A stretch of 64,000 bases of DNA from Octopus sinensis (GCF_006345805.1 NC_043005.1:19778001-19842000), one strand, 5' to 3'. Shown: positions 1-14,185, counted from the first letter of the stretch. Numbers and translations: made by a program. Notes: generated by a model from the sequence alone, not told the origin.

Positions 1-1092
1 TTGTTTTTGTGTTCAGTACAACAGTCCTAGGAGAAATTAGAGAGAGAGAGAGCCCCTTTGCATCGCGGATAAAGATCTACAGCGAATCAATGTTCATTGT
101 AAAAAAGTAACTGTAAGGGACCAAGAACAAAGAAGTCAAACTGACGGAGAATTGCTTTGGCGACGTGAATATGTGATAGAACGACTGACACAAAGTGAGA
201 GAAGAGCTGGTAGACGTATTCCGAAATGAATTGCAAGCTGAAACAATGGGATGGCAAGAGTTATTGGACAGATGGATGTAGATGATTGAGTAGATTTATA
301 ATGAACGGCATTCCAATCATGACCATCTCATCTTTTTTATGTGCAGGGAAACCAGGACCATATTATTCACTGTGCATTATTTTAAAGCGCTAGGGTGTTG
401 TTTGGAGATAATTCAGCGGTTATTTCTAGCTGGTCGAGGGGCCATGTAGAGGCTTCTTCGGAGATACGGGTGTGCCGATAATTATTTTGCTTGCTTCTTG
501 ACAAACGATATTTATCCGAAACGTCAATTAGTCGGGGTTGTTTTTTTTGTCAAAGCACACTACATTGACTTTGTATTCTTATTCATTTTCTCTCGCCCAC
601 ACCGTTTCATTTCGTGTAATACTCTAGATATAAAATAAACACCAAGAGAATTTTAAACAATTTTGCTAATAGCATACGGAAATATAAAACGTATATTCAC
701 GTAGAGCAATTTTCTTGATTGTACTAATGAGTTTCAGAAGTGGGAGTTTGAATAGAGCTTTAATTAACTTAGCATTTCTACTACATTTCTAACATACGGC
801 TAAGCAGACAGTTGTCAAATATTTGTATTTGTTGTTGATGTTTTTGCTAACCTTGGTGAAGCAGGTTTATATGAAAAGCATACTAGCCGTTACAATTCCG
901 TCTTTTAAGGAGCTTCAGAAAAGGTATTATCTATAGTGTCCTTCATTTTTTAAATGCTGTGATGTGATCTTAGGAAGGTTTGGCTATTGTGAACAAGTAG
1001 GAGTCCCTCGTAGTTTCAATCTATACTCGCGTGTTTGAACGTCTAAATTCTGTATTTTCGTGCCTTAATCTTTTTGTTATTCCTACTTTTGC

Positions 1093-1184
1093 TCTTCTTC
1101 TTCTTCTTCTTCTTCTTCTTCTTCTTCTTCTTCTTCTTCTTCTTCTTCTTCTTCTTCTTCTTCTTCTTCTTCTTCTTCTTCTTC
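1093..1184. repeat. (TTC)n microsatellite
   Basis: Direct reading. Confidence 0.99.
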
Positions 1185-1418
1185 TCCTTGTTTAAACTTT
1201 AGATTGGCCCTGATTGAGTAGACCTGTGGTTAAACTCATTCCAGCCTTGACCACCTTGCTTTTTAGCATATCCATGGCTACACTTTGCTGCTATTCTTAG
1301 TAATTCGAACTAGGCACACGTGGTAGCTCGCTGGTTTTGCTGTTGTTGTTGTTGTTGAGTAGCTGTTCTTTGCCAGGCTCAAACAGATTTTTGGCTATTA
1401 TATAACTACTACTTATTG

Positions 1419-1460
<42 letters not shown>

Positions 1461-1789
1461 CTGCTACAAACGCTATTATTATTTTCTGGGGGGGTTTAAG
1501 GTGATAGGTGATAGAATATGATTTAAAAGAAATTATCTGTTGTTCCTAGCAAATCCAACAATCACCTAAAGTGTTCTTCTTTGATAAGATATCAACAAGT
1601 TGAAGGTTCATTTATGACAAAAAAAAAAAGATCAAACACACGGGATACGGAAGGCCATCGATTTTGTGTACATGTCATGGAATTAGAATTCTCTGTCTTT
1701 CAATCGGCGTTCCAGCCATAGCTATCCCATCTTTTTTCGACAATTTTGTTACATTGAAAAGCAGTGTCGTTAGAGCGTCGTTTGACCTC

Positions 1790-2130
1790 TTGTGGGTAGT
1801 AAAGAAATAGGTATTTCGTCTGCCGTTACGTTGTGAGTTCAAATTCCGCCGAGGTCAACTTTGCCTTTCATCCTTTCGGGGTCGATTAAATAAGTACCAG
1901 TTACGCACTGGGGTCGATATAATCGACTTAATCTGTTTGTCTGTCCTTGTTTGTCCCCTCTCTGTGTAGCCCCTTGTGGGCAGTAAAGAAATAGGTATTT
2001 CATCCATCTTCACGCCGAGGTCGACTTTGCATTTCATCCTATGGAGATCGATAAAATAAGTACCAGTTGAGTACAGGAGTTGATGTAATCATTTTACTCA
2101 TACCCCTGAAATTTCTGACTTTGTACCAAG
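1790..2130 (+). mobile_element. SINE family A (tRNA-like head), partial tandem copies
   Basis: B-box-like gagttcaaattcc followed by the shared body gccgaggtcgactttgcctttcatcctttcggggtcg. Confidence 0.85.
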
Positions 2131-3144
2131 ATCGATATTTGTTCCGACTTTCGCGTACTAAGTTCAAATCCTGTCAAGGTCAACTTTGTCCTTCATATTT
2201 TCGAGATTCATAAAAAGGAATTTATCCATGATGGTGGATTAAAAGATCTGTAAAAATATCGGACCAAAAAGTACCTTGCAGGAATTGTTTCGGCTTTTTG
2301 TATTCTGAATCAAGATCCATCCCGCTGTGGTCAACTTTGTTTTTCATTCTTTCAGGGTCGAAAAAAAAAAAACAACCCAAGGATTGACAAACTGTAAGAA
2401 CGTTGGACAAATAACTTGTGGTATTTGTTCCTGCTCTTTACCTTCTATTTCCAAATCCCTACGGGTAGACTGAAATAGTAGTCTAGTTTAACACTTCCAC
2501 TTGGTTCTTGAATGCCTTTAAGGGAGTCCATTTTAGTTGTCAGTATTAGGATCAGGTAACAGGTTTGAGGACAGCGTTCTCCCTCCCCACTCCCTCTCTC
2601 TCTTTCTCCTTCCCTCCCTCTCTCTTTCTCTTTCTCTCTCTCGTCTAAGTCTCGGACGACCAGTATTGGGCATGGCTAATGTCTTCTGTCCCTACTAAAA
2701 GGTAAGAACACATAACCTTTTGGAATACAATTCCTTTTATTTTCCATTTAGTAGAGTTCAGTGTTAATGATAATTGGCAACTTTTGCCAGCAGGTCGACA
2801 ACTATATAAAGGTATCTTTTGTTGATTGGTTATCTGTGTATTGAGATGCAGGAGTGACCAACTGGTTACGAGATTCACTACGCAGTCTTGAAGTTGCGAA
2901 TTCGAGCCCGCTGGGCGTCATATTGGATGAATGTCTCTCTCCATAGCCTCGAGTTGACTAAAGATTGAAGTTGACTAAAGTGAAATTGGGTAGGCAGAAA
3001 CTAAAGGTCCCTGGGATAGAGGGAACCTATTATTTGGAAACCAGTTTTGGCACACACTGTTACGTTGTTTTTTTTCCTGAGAATTGCACAAACAGTATGC
3101 GTGTCTTCGAATAATCAATCATTACATGCCTATTAAACAAGGGT

Positions 3145-3395
3145 GGAGGCCCGTGGCTTAGTGGTTAGGGTGTTGGACGATTCATGATCGCAAGATTGTG
3201 GTTTCGATTCCTGGACCGCGCGACACGTTGTGTTCTTGAGCAAGACACTTCATTTTCATATTGCTCCAGTCCACTCAGCTGGCAGAAATATATTCTCCAT
3301 CGTCCAGGTAGAGAATATACACAGCATGAAACCGGGAAACTGCCCTTACGAGTCAGTATGACTCGAGAAGGTAACTTTACTTTACTTTTACTTTA
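3145..3395 (+). mobile_element. SINE family C (tRNA-like head, Meta-domain-like core)
   Basis: A/B-box-like gtggcttagtgg / gtttcgattcc; core ttcttgagcaagacactt..ctccagtccactcagctg. Confidence 0.7.
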
Positions 3396-3483
3396 TTAAA
3401 CGAGGAGCTCATTCCATCGATCAAATAATTGAACACTCATCACCGAAACCAACAGGGACGCAATGTTCTTTATTGATCATCGT

Positions 3484-3908
3484 AGTGGCTGTGTGGTAAG
3501 TAGGAGTGGCTGTGTGGTAAGTAGCTTGCTAACCAACCACATGGTTCCGGGTTCAGTCCCACTGCGTGGCATCTTGGGCAAGTGTCTTCTGCTATAGCCC
3601 CGGGCCGACCAATGCCTTGTGAGTGGATTTGGTAGACGGAAACTGAAAGAAGCCCGTCGTATATATGTATATATATATATAAGTGTGTGTGTATATGTTT
3701 GTGTGTCTGTGTTTGTCCCCCTAGCATTGCTTGACAACCGATGCTGGTGTGTTTACGTCCCCGTCACTTAGCGGTTCGGAAAAAGAGACCGATAGAGTAA
3801 GTACTGGGCTTACAAAGAATAAGTCCCGGGGTCGATTTGCTCGACTAAAGGCGGTGCTCCAGCATGGCCGCAGTCAAATGACTGAAACAAGTAAAAGAGA
3901 AAAGAGAG
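3484..3908 (+). mobile_element. SINE family B (tRNA-like head, internal TA/GT microsatellite, agtaaaag tail)
   Basis: gtggctgtgtggtaag..ccgggttcagtcccactgcgtggca.cttgggcaagtgtcttct..; the first ~20 nt are duplicated. Confidence 0.92.
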
Positions 3909-4712
3909 AGAGATAGAACATGAGTAAATTTACAAATTATACGCTTACTGTTGCAGCCATAGAACTGAAGCTGATTTGGCCAAAATCTACATATACAAGG
4001 ACACAAATACATACTGCAAAGCTGATATTAATGTTTACTCTGTGAGAATTTCATTACTATTAAATTATCATCATTTCAGTTAAATCTGTTTAAATCAACA
4101 TTTCTGATCATCAGTCTATAATGTGAAAAGCAAATATTAGATTATTTTTGGCACAAAGAACAAATGTGGCCCGTTGGGTTTGAAATGCCGGTCGGCTGAT
4201 TTTGTGATAAATGCTTAATATTAATTTCCGAAATTTTATTTTTGATATTACATAAGTCTTATGCTGTATGATTATTACGTCAACAAAATGTTGATTATAT
4301 CTTTGTAATATCCCTTGCAGTCACAAGCATACAATCTCGAAATCAGTATAATAAATTATTAGAATTGTATACATAGCATGAAAACATGTAAATATCTTTA
4401 TAAAAACACACTTATCTACTTACATATAGAAATTCTCTCTCACAACCACACACATACACACACACACACACGCACATGCACATAGGATTTGATATTCTGT
4501 AGTTTTGATCTGTGCTGTGTACGAAACTTGCGGCCCTTAAGTTACTTCTGTAACTTTTCTGCCGATTAAATACACACACATATATACACGCAGAAATACA
4601 CACATACATATATATGCACACAGAAATATATACCCATACATACACACACACATCCATCCATCCATACATACATACATACATACATACATACATACATACA
4701 TACATACATACA

Positions 4713-4746
<34 letters not shown>

Positions 4747-5530
4747 GACACTCAAGTACACTTACGTGCAATCGCCGCCCTCTCCATACTTCAACACTCA
4801 TATATCACCATATAAAATCGATCAGTCAGAACTGACTAGAATATATCTACTATAATAACAATCAGAAACCACAATTTGATGGGAATTTTTCCCATCTCTT
4901 TAAGCTATCATTAGACAACACACCGTTTTGTGGAGAGTAGGGAATACAACAACCACTCTCATGTTAAAGGTTATCGGCACTATCAACAGAGACTGAAAAT
5001 ATGTGATAACATATATTAAACAATCAATATGTCTGTACATTGCTTAATATCACTCTGAAAATACCAAGGAGATAATGGCAATGCAATTATTACTCAATAT
5101 TGTTATTTAGATCTATGTCATCCCTGAACGGCCAGTTTTTGAACAATGGCATTTTAACCATTTTGTATATCTAGGACTAAATTGTCCACTACATCCGTTT
5201 TTAAGACGGTGGGCGTGATTTGATAAAGAATCTACTGTTAACCACTCTAAAAGCCTAGCACGGGCTAGTAGCAAAATTATAACATTTCATCTCGGAAATT
5301 TCTTTCATATATCCAAGTGCAAGAAATTTCCAAATATCTTCTACGTGAAGTATCAGCTGGTAACAAATATAGTTTATATAAAGCCAGAACTAATCACCGT
5401 AACTCCATTATTACCATACGTGAAAGAATGCGTTCTAGATAAAGTATGATGTGGTAGCAAAATTAATTTAGAATAGGGTAAGAAAAAATAAATAACAAGG
5501 AAGAAAGGTGATGACATTGAGATCGATTAA

Positions 5531-6365
5531 GGCGGTGAGCTGGCAGAAACGTTAGCACACCGGGCGAAATGCTTAGCAGTATTTCGCCTGCCGTTACTTT
5601 CGGAGTTCAAATTCCGCCGAGGTCGACTTTGCCTTTCATTCTTTCGGGGTCGACTAAATTAGTAACTATTTCTTTATTACCCACAAGGGGCTAAACATAG
5701 AGGAGACAAACAAGGACAGACATAGGTATTAAGTCGATTACATCGACCCCAGTGAGTAACTGGTACTTAATTTATCGACCCCGAAAGGATGAAAGGCAAA
5801 GTCGACCTCGACAGAATTTGAACTCAGAACGTAACGGCAGACGAAATACCGCTAAGCATTTCGCCCGGTGTGCTAACGTTTCTGCCAGCTCGCCGCAGTA
5901 CCAGTTACGCACTGGCGACGATATAATCGACTTAATCCGTTTGTCTGTCCTTGTTTGTCTTCTCTGGGTTTAGCACCCTGTGGGCAATAAAGAAATAGGT
6001 ATTTCGTCTGCCTTGACGTTCTGAGTTCAAATTCCGCCGAGGTCGGTTTTGCCTTTCATCCTTTCGGGGTCGATAAATTAAGTACCAGTAACGCACTGGG
6101 GTCGATGGAATTGACTTAATCCCTTTGTCTGTCCCCTCTATATTTAGCCCCTTGTTGGCAATAAAGAAATAAGAAACGATAACAAGCCGGGAGAAATGTT
6201 TAACGGTATTTTGTTTGTCTTTACGTTCTGAGTTCAAATTCCGAGGTCGACTTTGCCTTTCATCCTTTCAGGATCGATAAATTAGGTACCAGTTGCGTAC
6301 TGGTGTCGATCTAATCGTCTGGTCCCTCTCACAAAATTTCGGGCCTTGTGCCTAGAGTGGAGAAG
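5531..6365. mobile_element. Cluster of SINE-A copies: a + copy interrupted by a - copy (5667-5896), then further + units
   Basis: Head ggcggtgagctggcagaaacgttagc at 5531; a reverse copy with its head ending at 5896; body repeated at ~6000-6175 and ~6190-6365. Confidence 0.92.
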
Positions 6366-6383
6366 AATGTATATATATATTTT

Positions 6384-6435
<52 letters not shown>

Positions 6436-6821
6436 CGCGTATGTAGATAGTTATGTATGTTTGTATGTATGAATATATATAGCTATGTATATATTTATGT
6501 TTGCATGTATGTATGAATGTAGGTAGGTACGTTTTTATTTATGTATGTTTGTATGTCTGTCTGTATGTATGTGTGTATGCATGTATGTATGTATGTATGT
6601 ATGTATGTATGTGTGTATGCATGTATGTATGTATCCATCCACATGCCATTTGAGATTTAGCGTTTATTTCGTCTGGGCCGATGGCAAAGTTCCAAAGAAA
6701 AGTTACGTAAAATAAAAAGAAAGTTAAATGAAAAAAAGTTTGATTTGTTCTTTCGTCATCCTTTTCGCAGTCATTCACCCTTTAAATCTGAATAATGCTT
6801 TACAGATTTTTATTATGCCAA

Positions 6822-6823
<2 letters not shown>

Positions 6824-6852
<29 letters not shown>

Positions 6853-7058
6853 TGTATCTATGTATGTATGTACGTATGTATGTATGTATGTATGTATGTA
6901 TGTATGTATGTATGTATGTATGTATGTATGTATGTATATATATATATGTATATATGTATGTATGTATGTATGTGTGCGTGTGTGTATGTGTGTATGTATG
7001 TATGTATTTACGTATGTATCTATGTATGTATGTATGTACGTATGTATCTATGTATGTA

Positions 7059-7089
<31 letters not shown>

Positions 7090-7420
7090 GTGTGTATGTA
7101 TGTATGTGTGTATGTATGTATGTATGTATGTATGTATGTATGTACGTATGTACGTATGACGTATGTATGTATGTATGTATGTATGTGTGTATGTATGTAT
7201 GTATGTAGGTATGTATGTATGTGTGTATGTATGTATGTATGCGTGTATGTATGTACGTATGTATGTATGTATGTATGCATGTACGTACGTACTATGTATG
7301 TATGTATGTATGTACGTACGTACGTACGTACGTACGTACGTACGTATGTATGTATGTATGTATGTATGTATGTATGTATGTATGTATGTATGTATGTATG
7401 TATGTATGTATGTATGTATG
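6824..7420. repeat. (TATG)n tract with (TACG)n and (TG)n variants
   Basis: Direct reading. Confidence 0.99.
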
Positions 7421-7842
7421 CTTGTTTTTAATTATTTGATTTCTTCCCGCAGAGAAATAACTGATTTCAAAGAAAGAAATGAAGCTCCACCAGTGGAATT
7501 TAGATAACAACGTTGGTAAAAGAAGTTAGGTGATGAACTTTAAAAAATATCTTGCATACTGTTTTCGTGTTCGCAAACAGATTCTAATTATAAAGTGTGT
7601 TTGCTCGTCTTTGAAAACTTAAGCTCTTCGAGAATGTCCATTATAAATTTAGTAACACAAAACAAAACGAACTAATGATTATAAGTATAAAAGTGAATTT
7701 ATAATCTGGTAGAGAAGTTGTTTGATACAATTTAGTTGTTTATAAATATTTCTGTTTGTCACCCAATTTTGAAAGAAACGTTCTCACTTACGAAATGGCT
7801 GATTCCTATAAGCAATGCATAATATCTCCTTTCTGTCTCATA

Positions 7843-7942
7843 CAGCTGTATCAGGCCTGTTTCATTGGCACATGGCAGAAGTTTCGATGACAATGTTCCA
7901 CCAACATTCCCCTTTTGAAATGCATGTGGCTCTGCCGATAAG

Positions 7943-7944
<2 letters not shown>
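7843..7944 (+). repeat. Unclassified ~100 bp repeat, copy 1
   Basis: About 85% identical by eye to the reverse complement of 15277-15378. Confidence 0.85.
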
Positions 7945-7985
<41 letters not shown>

Positions 7986-8749
7986 AACACACACACACAC
8001 ACACACACACACGCACGCACACACACACACACACACGCACGCACGCACACACACACACTCACGCACACTCTCTCTCACACACACACACACATTTGTATGA
8101 AACAAATTGGTTATTATAGATTCAACTCCACACAAAATATTGTTTTAGTGATTCATTTGATTATAACTTAATTCATAGGGTTTCAAGTACATCCATTATC
8201 AGCGTAGAAAATCGAAGTAATAAAGTATTTTGTTTTAAAAAGAAAGGGAAAGAAGACAAAGTGAAAGAAAGGCATGTCAATAAATGTCCTTTCAATGCAA
8301 CACTATTCTGAAAGTACAATGTAGAGACGTTTGAACAACCGCGGAAGATTGTGACGTTAGAGCTGATAAAATTGACAAAAGATTATTATTTCAGTGGTTG
8401 AAATTATCAAATTCGAATAAAACGAACCCCTTTTACGTCTCAATATAAGCATAAAAGCTACAACTGCAAGCAATATTCTACAGAGATGTGAAATTCTACA
8501 AAGCTTTATTCGTCATTTGCAGCAAAATTATTGACACCTGAAAAATGTTGGAAAGGCAACTAGAAGTTTGAAAACAGAATAAATCAATTTAAGCTTCAAA
8601 AACTAATTCATTTTTTCATAAAACATAGTAACAATTGGTGAAATTCCATTCTCCTTTCATGCGCTTGACACAAAATGCTAACAGTGAGTAAAATCGCCAG
8701 AGGAAGCAGCCGCAAGAAATAAATTTGAGTGTCGGTCATTCATTGTAAA

Positions 8750-9870
8750 GCTCTGACGATAACAATCTTTTGGAATTCATTGACAGTTATTCAAGTTGGT
8801 TTAGCAAGAAATGGTATGGTAATTAGGAGTACACAATACTCTAACGTGGCGTAGTAAATGAGAAAGAAACAAAGGTACAATAAAAGTTTTCAATCTCTAT
8901 TTTCTGCAGGGCGATGATCTAGTAGATACTTGAGGATTGACATCAACAACTTAAGCCTATTCGGGAATATTCTTCCTTCCAAATTCTCCTTACATCCCAG
9001 TCCTTGTCACATTTGACATCTTTTCCAATACTTGAAAAAAGTTGAGATAAAAAGAAAACAGGGCATAGGATATAAAAGGGGTAGTACTGATTCTTTGTGG
9101 GGACGCATTGACCAGATTTCTTTAAAAAGGTGTTCGAAGAGTTCGTGCTAGCGTTCTCTTTTCTAATTCCTATGAGAAGTATTTTCCATGTTTGATCTAG
9201 AACAGGCTTCCCTAATGATATTATCGTATACTGTTTCAATAACATTATGCCACACAGGAAAGCAATATCTTGATGGCATTGTTTGGAAATTTGTTGATTA
9301 TATGTGTAATATCTTCCACAGTTATGACATCGACATTTTCAATTGGATTTTGCGTGTTTAAAAGCCTTGCTGTCTTGTTTGGTTATTAGATATTTCGTAG
9401 ATATTCTCTGTTCTAGGATTGCGACAGCATACATCTTCTATGGGATATTACACGTACTGTCAATATTAATATCATCCTCAAATTTACACGGAATATACCT
9501 GTATATAACCTTGTTTATTTTATACACTGTTTCTCTTCTATGTTTTCGTTGAGATACGCTAAAGAAACATCAGTGTCGCATTGTACGTCATCGGGAAGTG
9601 ATTACTTCTAGCAAATTTTATTCCTGATCTATAGAAAATGTTGTAATTTTCATATTTAAGCACTTGGTTACTGTGTTCAAAGGTGCTGTTTAGGCAGATG
9701 CTGACTAAATGGTATCATACAATACTCAAAGACTGTCTGTATGTGCACTGACCTTGCGTCTCTTCTCTTTGCCTCGCGAGTCTTATGGAATGAAGTCAGT
9801 CAGTGTCACTGTTTCTGTGGAAGCATTCAAATGACGACAAGATCTTGTAGGATTCAAATATCGATGGAGC
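8750..9870 (-). pseudogene. Older, heavily decayed RLE-type non-LTR relic (R4/CRE-like C-terminus)
   Basis: Minus-strand peptide scraps FHRNSDTD*L (cf. H..SDVDRLY), CRCH..VEDITHIINK (knuckle-like), VVDVNP and ETFIVP. Many stops; aligned by eye. Confidence 0.5.
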
Positions 9871-9954
9871 GGACTTCCTTTATAGTTCAGTCAAATATTC
9901 GAAATGTTGAAACCATACTGGGATATATTTTTCTTTCATTTCGTCCATCTTTTC

Positions 9955-10097
9955 GGTCTGAGTTCAAATTCCGCCGAGGTCGACTTAGCCGTTCATCCTT
10001 TCGGAGTCGATAAATTAAGTACCAGTTGAGCACTGGGGTTAATGTAACTGACTAGCCCCCTTCCCGCAAATGTCAAGCCTTGTGCCTACAGTAGAAA
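9955..10097 (+). mobile_element. SINE-A, 5'-truncated, type-2 tail
   Basis: tctgagttcaaattccgccgaggtcgac...gccttgtgcctacagtagaaa. Confidence 0.85.
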
Positions 10098-10509
10098 ATA
10101 ATATAATAATATTCTCTGGTTATCCTGTATTTGCTGACAATCCTTTTGTATGATACATTTCCACCGTTTGATATGTATGGAAACATGTATGGAAACATGT
10201 ATGGAAGCATGTATGGAAGCATGTATGGAAGCATGTGTACACGTATGTATGAATATATTCATTTATTCGTTTATGCATTTATGTAACTATGAACATATCT
10301 ATGTATATAGGTACGAATGTGTATATATGTACGTATGTATGAGTTTGTGTGTGCGCGTGTACCTGCATATGTGTGTGTATGCGCGTTTATGTGTTTGTGT
10401 ATGTATGCATGTATGTATGTCTGTATGCATGTATGCATGCATGTATGTATGTATGAACTATGTATGCATGTATGCATGTATGCATGCATGTATGTATGTA
10501 TGTATGTAT

Positions 10510-10924
10510 ACTTTTACTTGTTTCAGTCATTTGACTGTGGTCATGCTGGAGCACTGCTTTTTTTTAGTCGAGCAAATCGACCCCAGGACTTATTCTTTTT
10601 AAGCCTAGTACTTATTCTATCGCTCTCTTTTGCCGAACTGCTAAGTTTCGGGGACGTAAAGACACCAGCATCGGTTGTCAAGCGATGTTGGTGGTGGTGG
10701 GGACGGGACGAAAACAGACACACAAACATACACACACGCACACATACATATATATATATACATATATACGACGGGCTTCTTTCAGTTTCCGTCTACCAAA
10801 TCCACTCACAAGGCTTTGGTCGGCCCGAGGCTACAGTACAAGGCACTTGCCTAAGGTACCACGCAGTGGGACTGAACCCGGAACCATGTGGTTCGTAAGC
10901 AAGCTACTTACCACACAGCCACTC
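10510..10924 (-). mobile_element. SINE-B
   Basis: Reverse complement of the 3484 copy. Confidence 0.92.
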
Positions 10925-11163
10925 TTACGCTTGTGTTTTTATATTTTCTCTTCTCGACTGAAGTTGTACTGTTAATGATGAGCGGCAAGGTTGTAAAGAA
11001 AAGATATAAAATTTTAAAAGATACTTCCATTCTTATGCAAACTTTCACCCTTTAAACTTTGAATATACAAATTTTAAAGTATCGCAGACTTTCAAAGTCT
11101 CAAATATCATCATCACCTATAGTGTGCTAACGTTTCTGCCAGCTCGCCGCCTTTATATTTATA

Positions 11164-11677
11164 TTGGGTTGTCCGGAAAGATTGTGCCAATTTTTAAAGG
11201 AAAGAAAAAGGTCAATAAATACTTGCCATTACATTTTAAATCAACCAAATATGAATCATTTTGTTGCACAATGAGGTGGTTTCATGGCAAAGAATTCATC
11301 AAGGTATATTTTTACGTCATCCAAGTAATTGAAATTTTTACCATTAAGACTATTCTGTAGAGACCTGAATAAGTGGAAATCCGAAGGAGCAATATCTGGT
11401 GAATATGGAGGGTGTGGTAACACATCCCAGCCGAGCTGCAGCAATTTTTGTCTGGTTCCCAAAGCATCAAGTGCCGAAAATGAACTTTTTTATCTTCCAT
11501 TTTAAAGGGTTACAGAATTAACACAGCTCACAGGAACATAAACCTTCTTCCACGAAAATATAGCTTAAACTGTGCTCTAAATGGAGGTGTAGTCAAATCC
11601 TATTTTATGGACTCAACCATGTTACCATTCGAAAGGTAGGCTACTATAAATCGGTACGAACTTTCCGGACAACCCAA
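11164..11677 (-). mobile_element. Internally deleted mariner element with both TIRs
   Basis: TIRs ttgggttgtccggaaag at 11164 and inverted ending at 11677; TA on the left, TG on the right. Transposase C-terminus LGWDVLPHPPYSPDIAPSDFHLFRSLQN. Confidence 0.93.
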
Positions 11678-11681
11678 TGTG

Positions 11682-11725
<44 letters not shown>

Positions 11726-11732
11726 CATGCAC

Positions 11733-11763
<31 letters not shown>

Positions 11764-11769
11764 CATACA

Positions 11770-11801
<32 letters not shown>

Positions 11802-12296
11802 GGAGGTAGCAACAGAATAACTGATGTATAAAAATGAACGGGATGCAGGTAAAATACTCATATGTGATATTCGTTGCAGTCTCCTTGGAAGAAACGCTGA
11901 GGATGTACCCCGCATCATAAGCAGCTTCTGAAAACACCATCATGTTACTATCTACCTACGAGGCATCATGTCTCGCAAGTAGAACACAGCTATTCCTGAA
12001 AGCACTGAAGACTAAAACGGATTTTTTCTAAAGATCTACTTCTAAAAAGTTATAAGATATAATCAGCCATAATAAGGAAGTCTATTCGTGTAACGACTCT
12101 GTCAAAACTTCTGCAAAAATGTTGACACAACAGACTCGACATAATACTCGAAGGCAGTGAAAACAAATTATGCACTGTAATAGAAAAGAGTTGTCCAGTA
12201 GACATGAATATAATATCCGTTACGAATTTTACCTCAAAATTAGCAATTTGGAGGAAGAGGTAAGTCAACTATATCGACACCAGTGATCATTTGGGT

Positions 12297-12600
12297 ACAG
12301 GCGTGATGGCCCAGTGGTTAGGGCAGCGGACTCGCGGTCGGAGGATCGGGGTTTCGATTCCCAGACCGAGCGTTGTGTGTTTATTGAGCGAAAACACCTA
12401 AAGCTCCACGAGGCTCCGGCAGGGGGTAGTGGCAACCGCTGTTGTACTCTTTCGCCCCAACTTTCTCTCACTCTTTCTTCCTGTTTCATGAGTAACGCTG
12501 CGATAGACTGGTGTCCCGTCCAGCTGAGGGGAACACATACGCCACAGAAACCGGGAAACCGGGCCCTTGAGCCTGGCTAGGCTTGAAAAGAGCGAGAAAG
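12297..12600 (+). mobile_element. tRNA-head SINE with a V-domain-like motif
   Basis: tggcccagtggttagg / gtttcgattccc head; ctgcgatagactggtgtcccgtccag resembles the V-SINE core. Confidence 0.6.
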
Positions 12601-12605
12601 AAAGA

Positions 12606-12720
12606 AAGTGATCAACTGGTACTTATTTCATCGACCCCGGAAGGATGAAAGGCAAAGTCGACATCGGTGGAATTTGAGCACAGAACACGGAGACGGACGA
12701 AATGCTGCAAAACATTTTTC
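12606..12720 (-). mobile_element. SINE-A fragment
   Basis: ctggtacttatttcatcgacccc..aggatgaaaggcaaagtcgac. Confidence 0.8.
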
Positions 12721-13329
12721 CTTAATAGCGTTTCATGCGTCATTACGTTCCGAAGCCGTTAGCCGGAGAAAATATCAATGGCGAACGAATGAAAAATCTG
12801 CATGTTCTACACCCTGACGTATTCTAACTTGAAATTTATTCATAGCTGTGTTTAATGGGGTACTTACAAATGTAACCCACAGGTAGCGATCTTAACAGCA
12901 TACACGCGATAAATAGCAAATTTCAATTTCAACTAATAGTGGAATTGTAAAAATTATGTGAAACATTCCAGATGTTCAGCCTGTAAAGTATATGCGCAGA
13001 CATGTTTAGACACGTGGGTAAGCATATATAAGCCAAAACATAAAAATTCACGGATAATTGATTGACATGCTTACATGAAAACATACATGCAAATACATAC
13101 ATGCGTTTAGATACGTACACACAAACGGCGGTGCTACAGCATGTGCAAATCCTTTGGTTGAAACAAATAAATGTACATAGATATAGGGCTACTTATTCGA
13201 TGCCTTCTTAAATTCCAATGAAACAGTCATTTCACTATAGCCGAGAAATGTGATAACTACAACCAGAACATGTACGTACATACTTAAATATTAGCACGCA
13301 TATTTATACGCATACATACATGAATAATG

Positions 13330-13507
13330 CATAAATAAATACATACATATATACATACATGCATTTATATCTGTATGTATATCTGTATCTATCTGTCTAT
13401 CTATCTATCTATATATATATAGATATATACATATTATGTATGTATGTATGTATGTATGTATGTATGTATGTATGTATGTATATGTATGTATGTATATATA
13501 TGTATAT

Positions 13508-13549
<42 letters not shown>

Positions 13550-13636
13550 CATATATATGTATATATGTATATATATGTGTATATATATATGTACATATAT
13601 ACTATATATATAAATATATATATGTGTGTATATATG

Positions 13637-13667
<31 letters not shown>

Positions 13668-14185
13668 GAATGTATGCATGTATGTAGTGTGTATGTATGT
13701 ATGTATGTATATGTATATGAAAGTATGCATGCATACACAAACAGATAAAGAGTACATCCAGTAGAGAAAATATAATTTTCATTCCACTCACTATAAATTC
13801 TCCATTAAACCTATCATTAACATATTATTTCTCTTACCGTTACATGTGTTCGTGGTATCTTAGCTAATAGCTAATAGCTATACATACATACATAAATACA
13901 TACATACATACATCATACATACATACATACATACATACATACATACATAAATACATACATACATACACACACGCACACATACATACATACATACATACAT
14001 ACATACATACATACATACATGCATACATACATACATACATACATACATACATACATACATACATACATACATACACACACGCACACATACATACATACAT
14101 ACATACATACATACATACATACATACATACATACATACATACATACATACATACATACATGCATACATACATACATACATACATG
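13330..14185. repeat. Compound (TA)n, (TATG)n and (TACA)n microsatellite field
   Basis: Direct reading; about 140 bp of non-repetitive sequence in the middle. Confidence 0.97.

Noticed and set aside
3145-3230. tRNA genes at SINE heads (also 3505, 5531, 12297)
   Set aside because: A/B-box-like motifs are present but there is no complete cloverleaf or acceptor stem, and they run into repeated SINE bodies.
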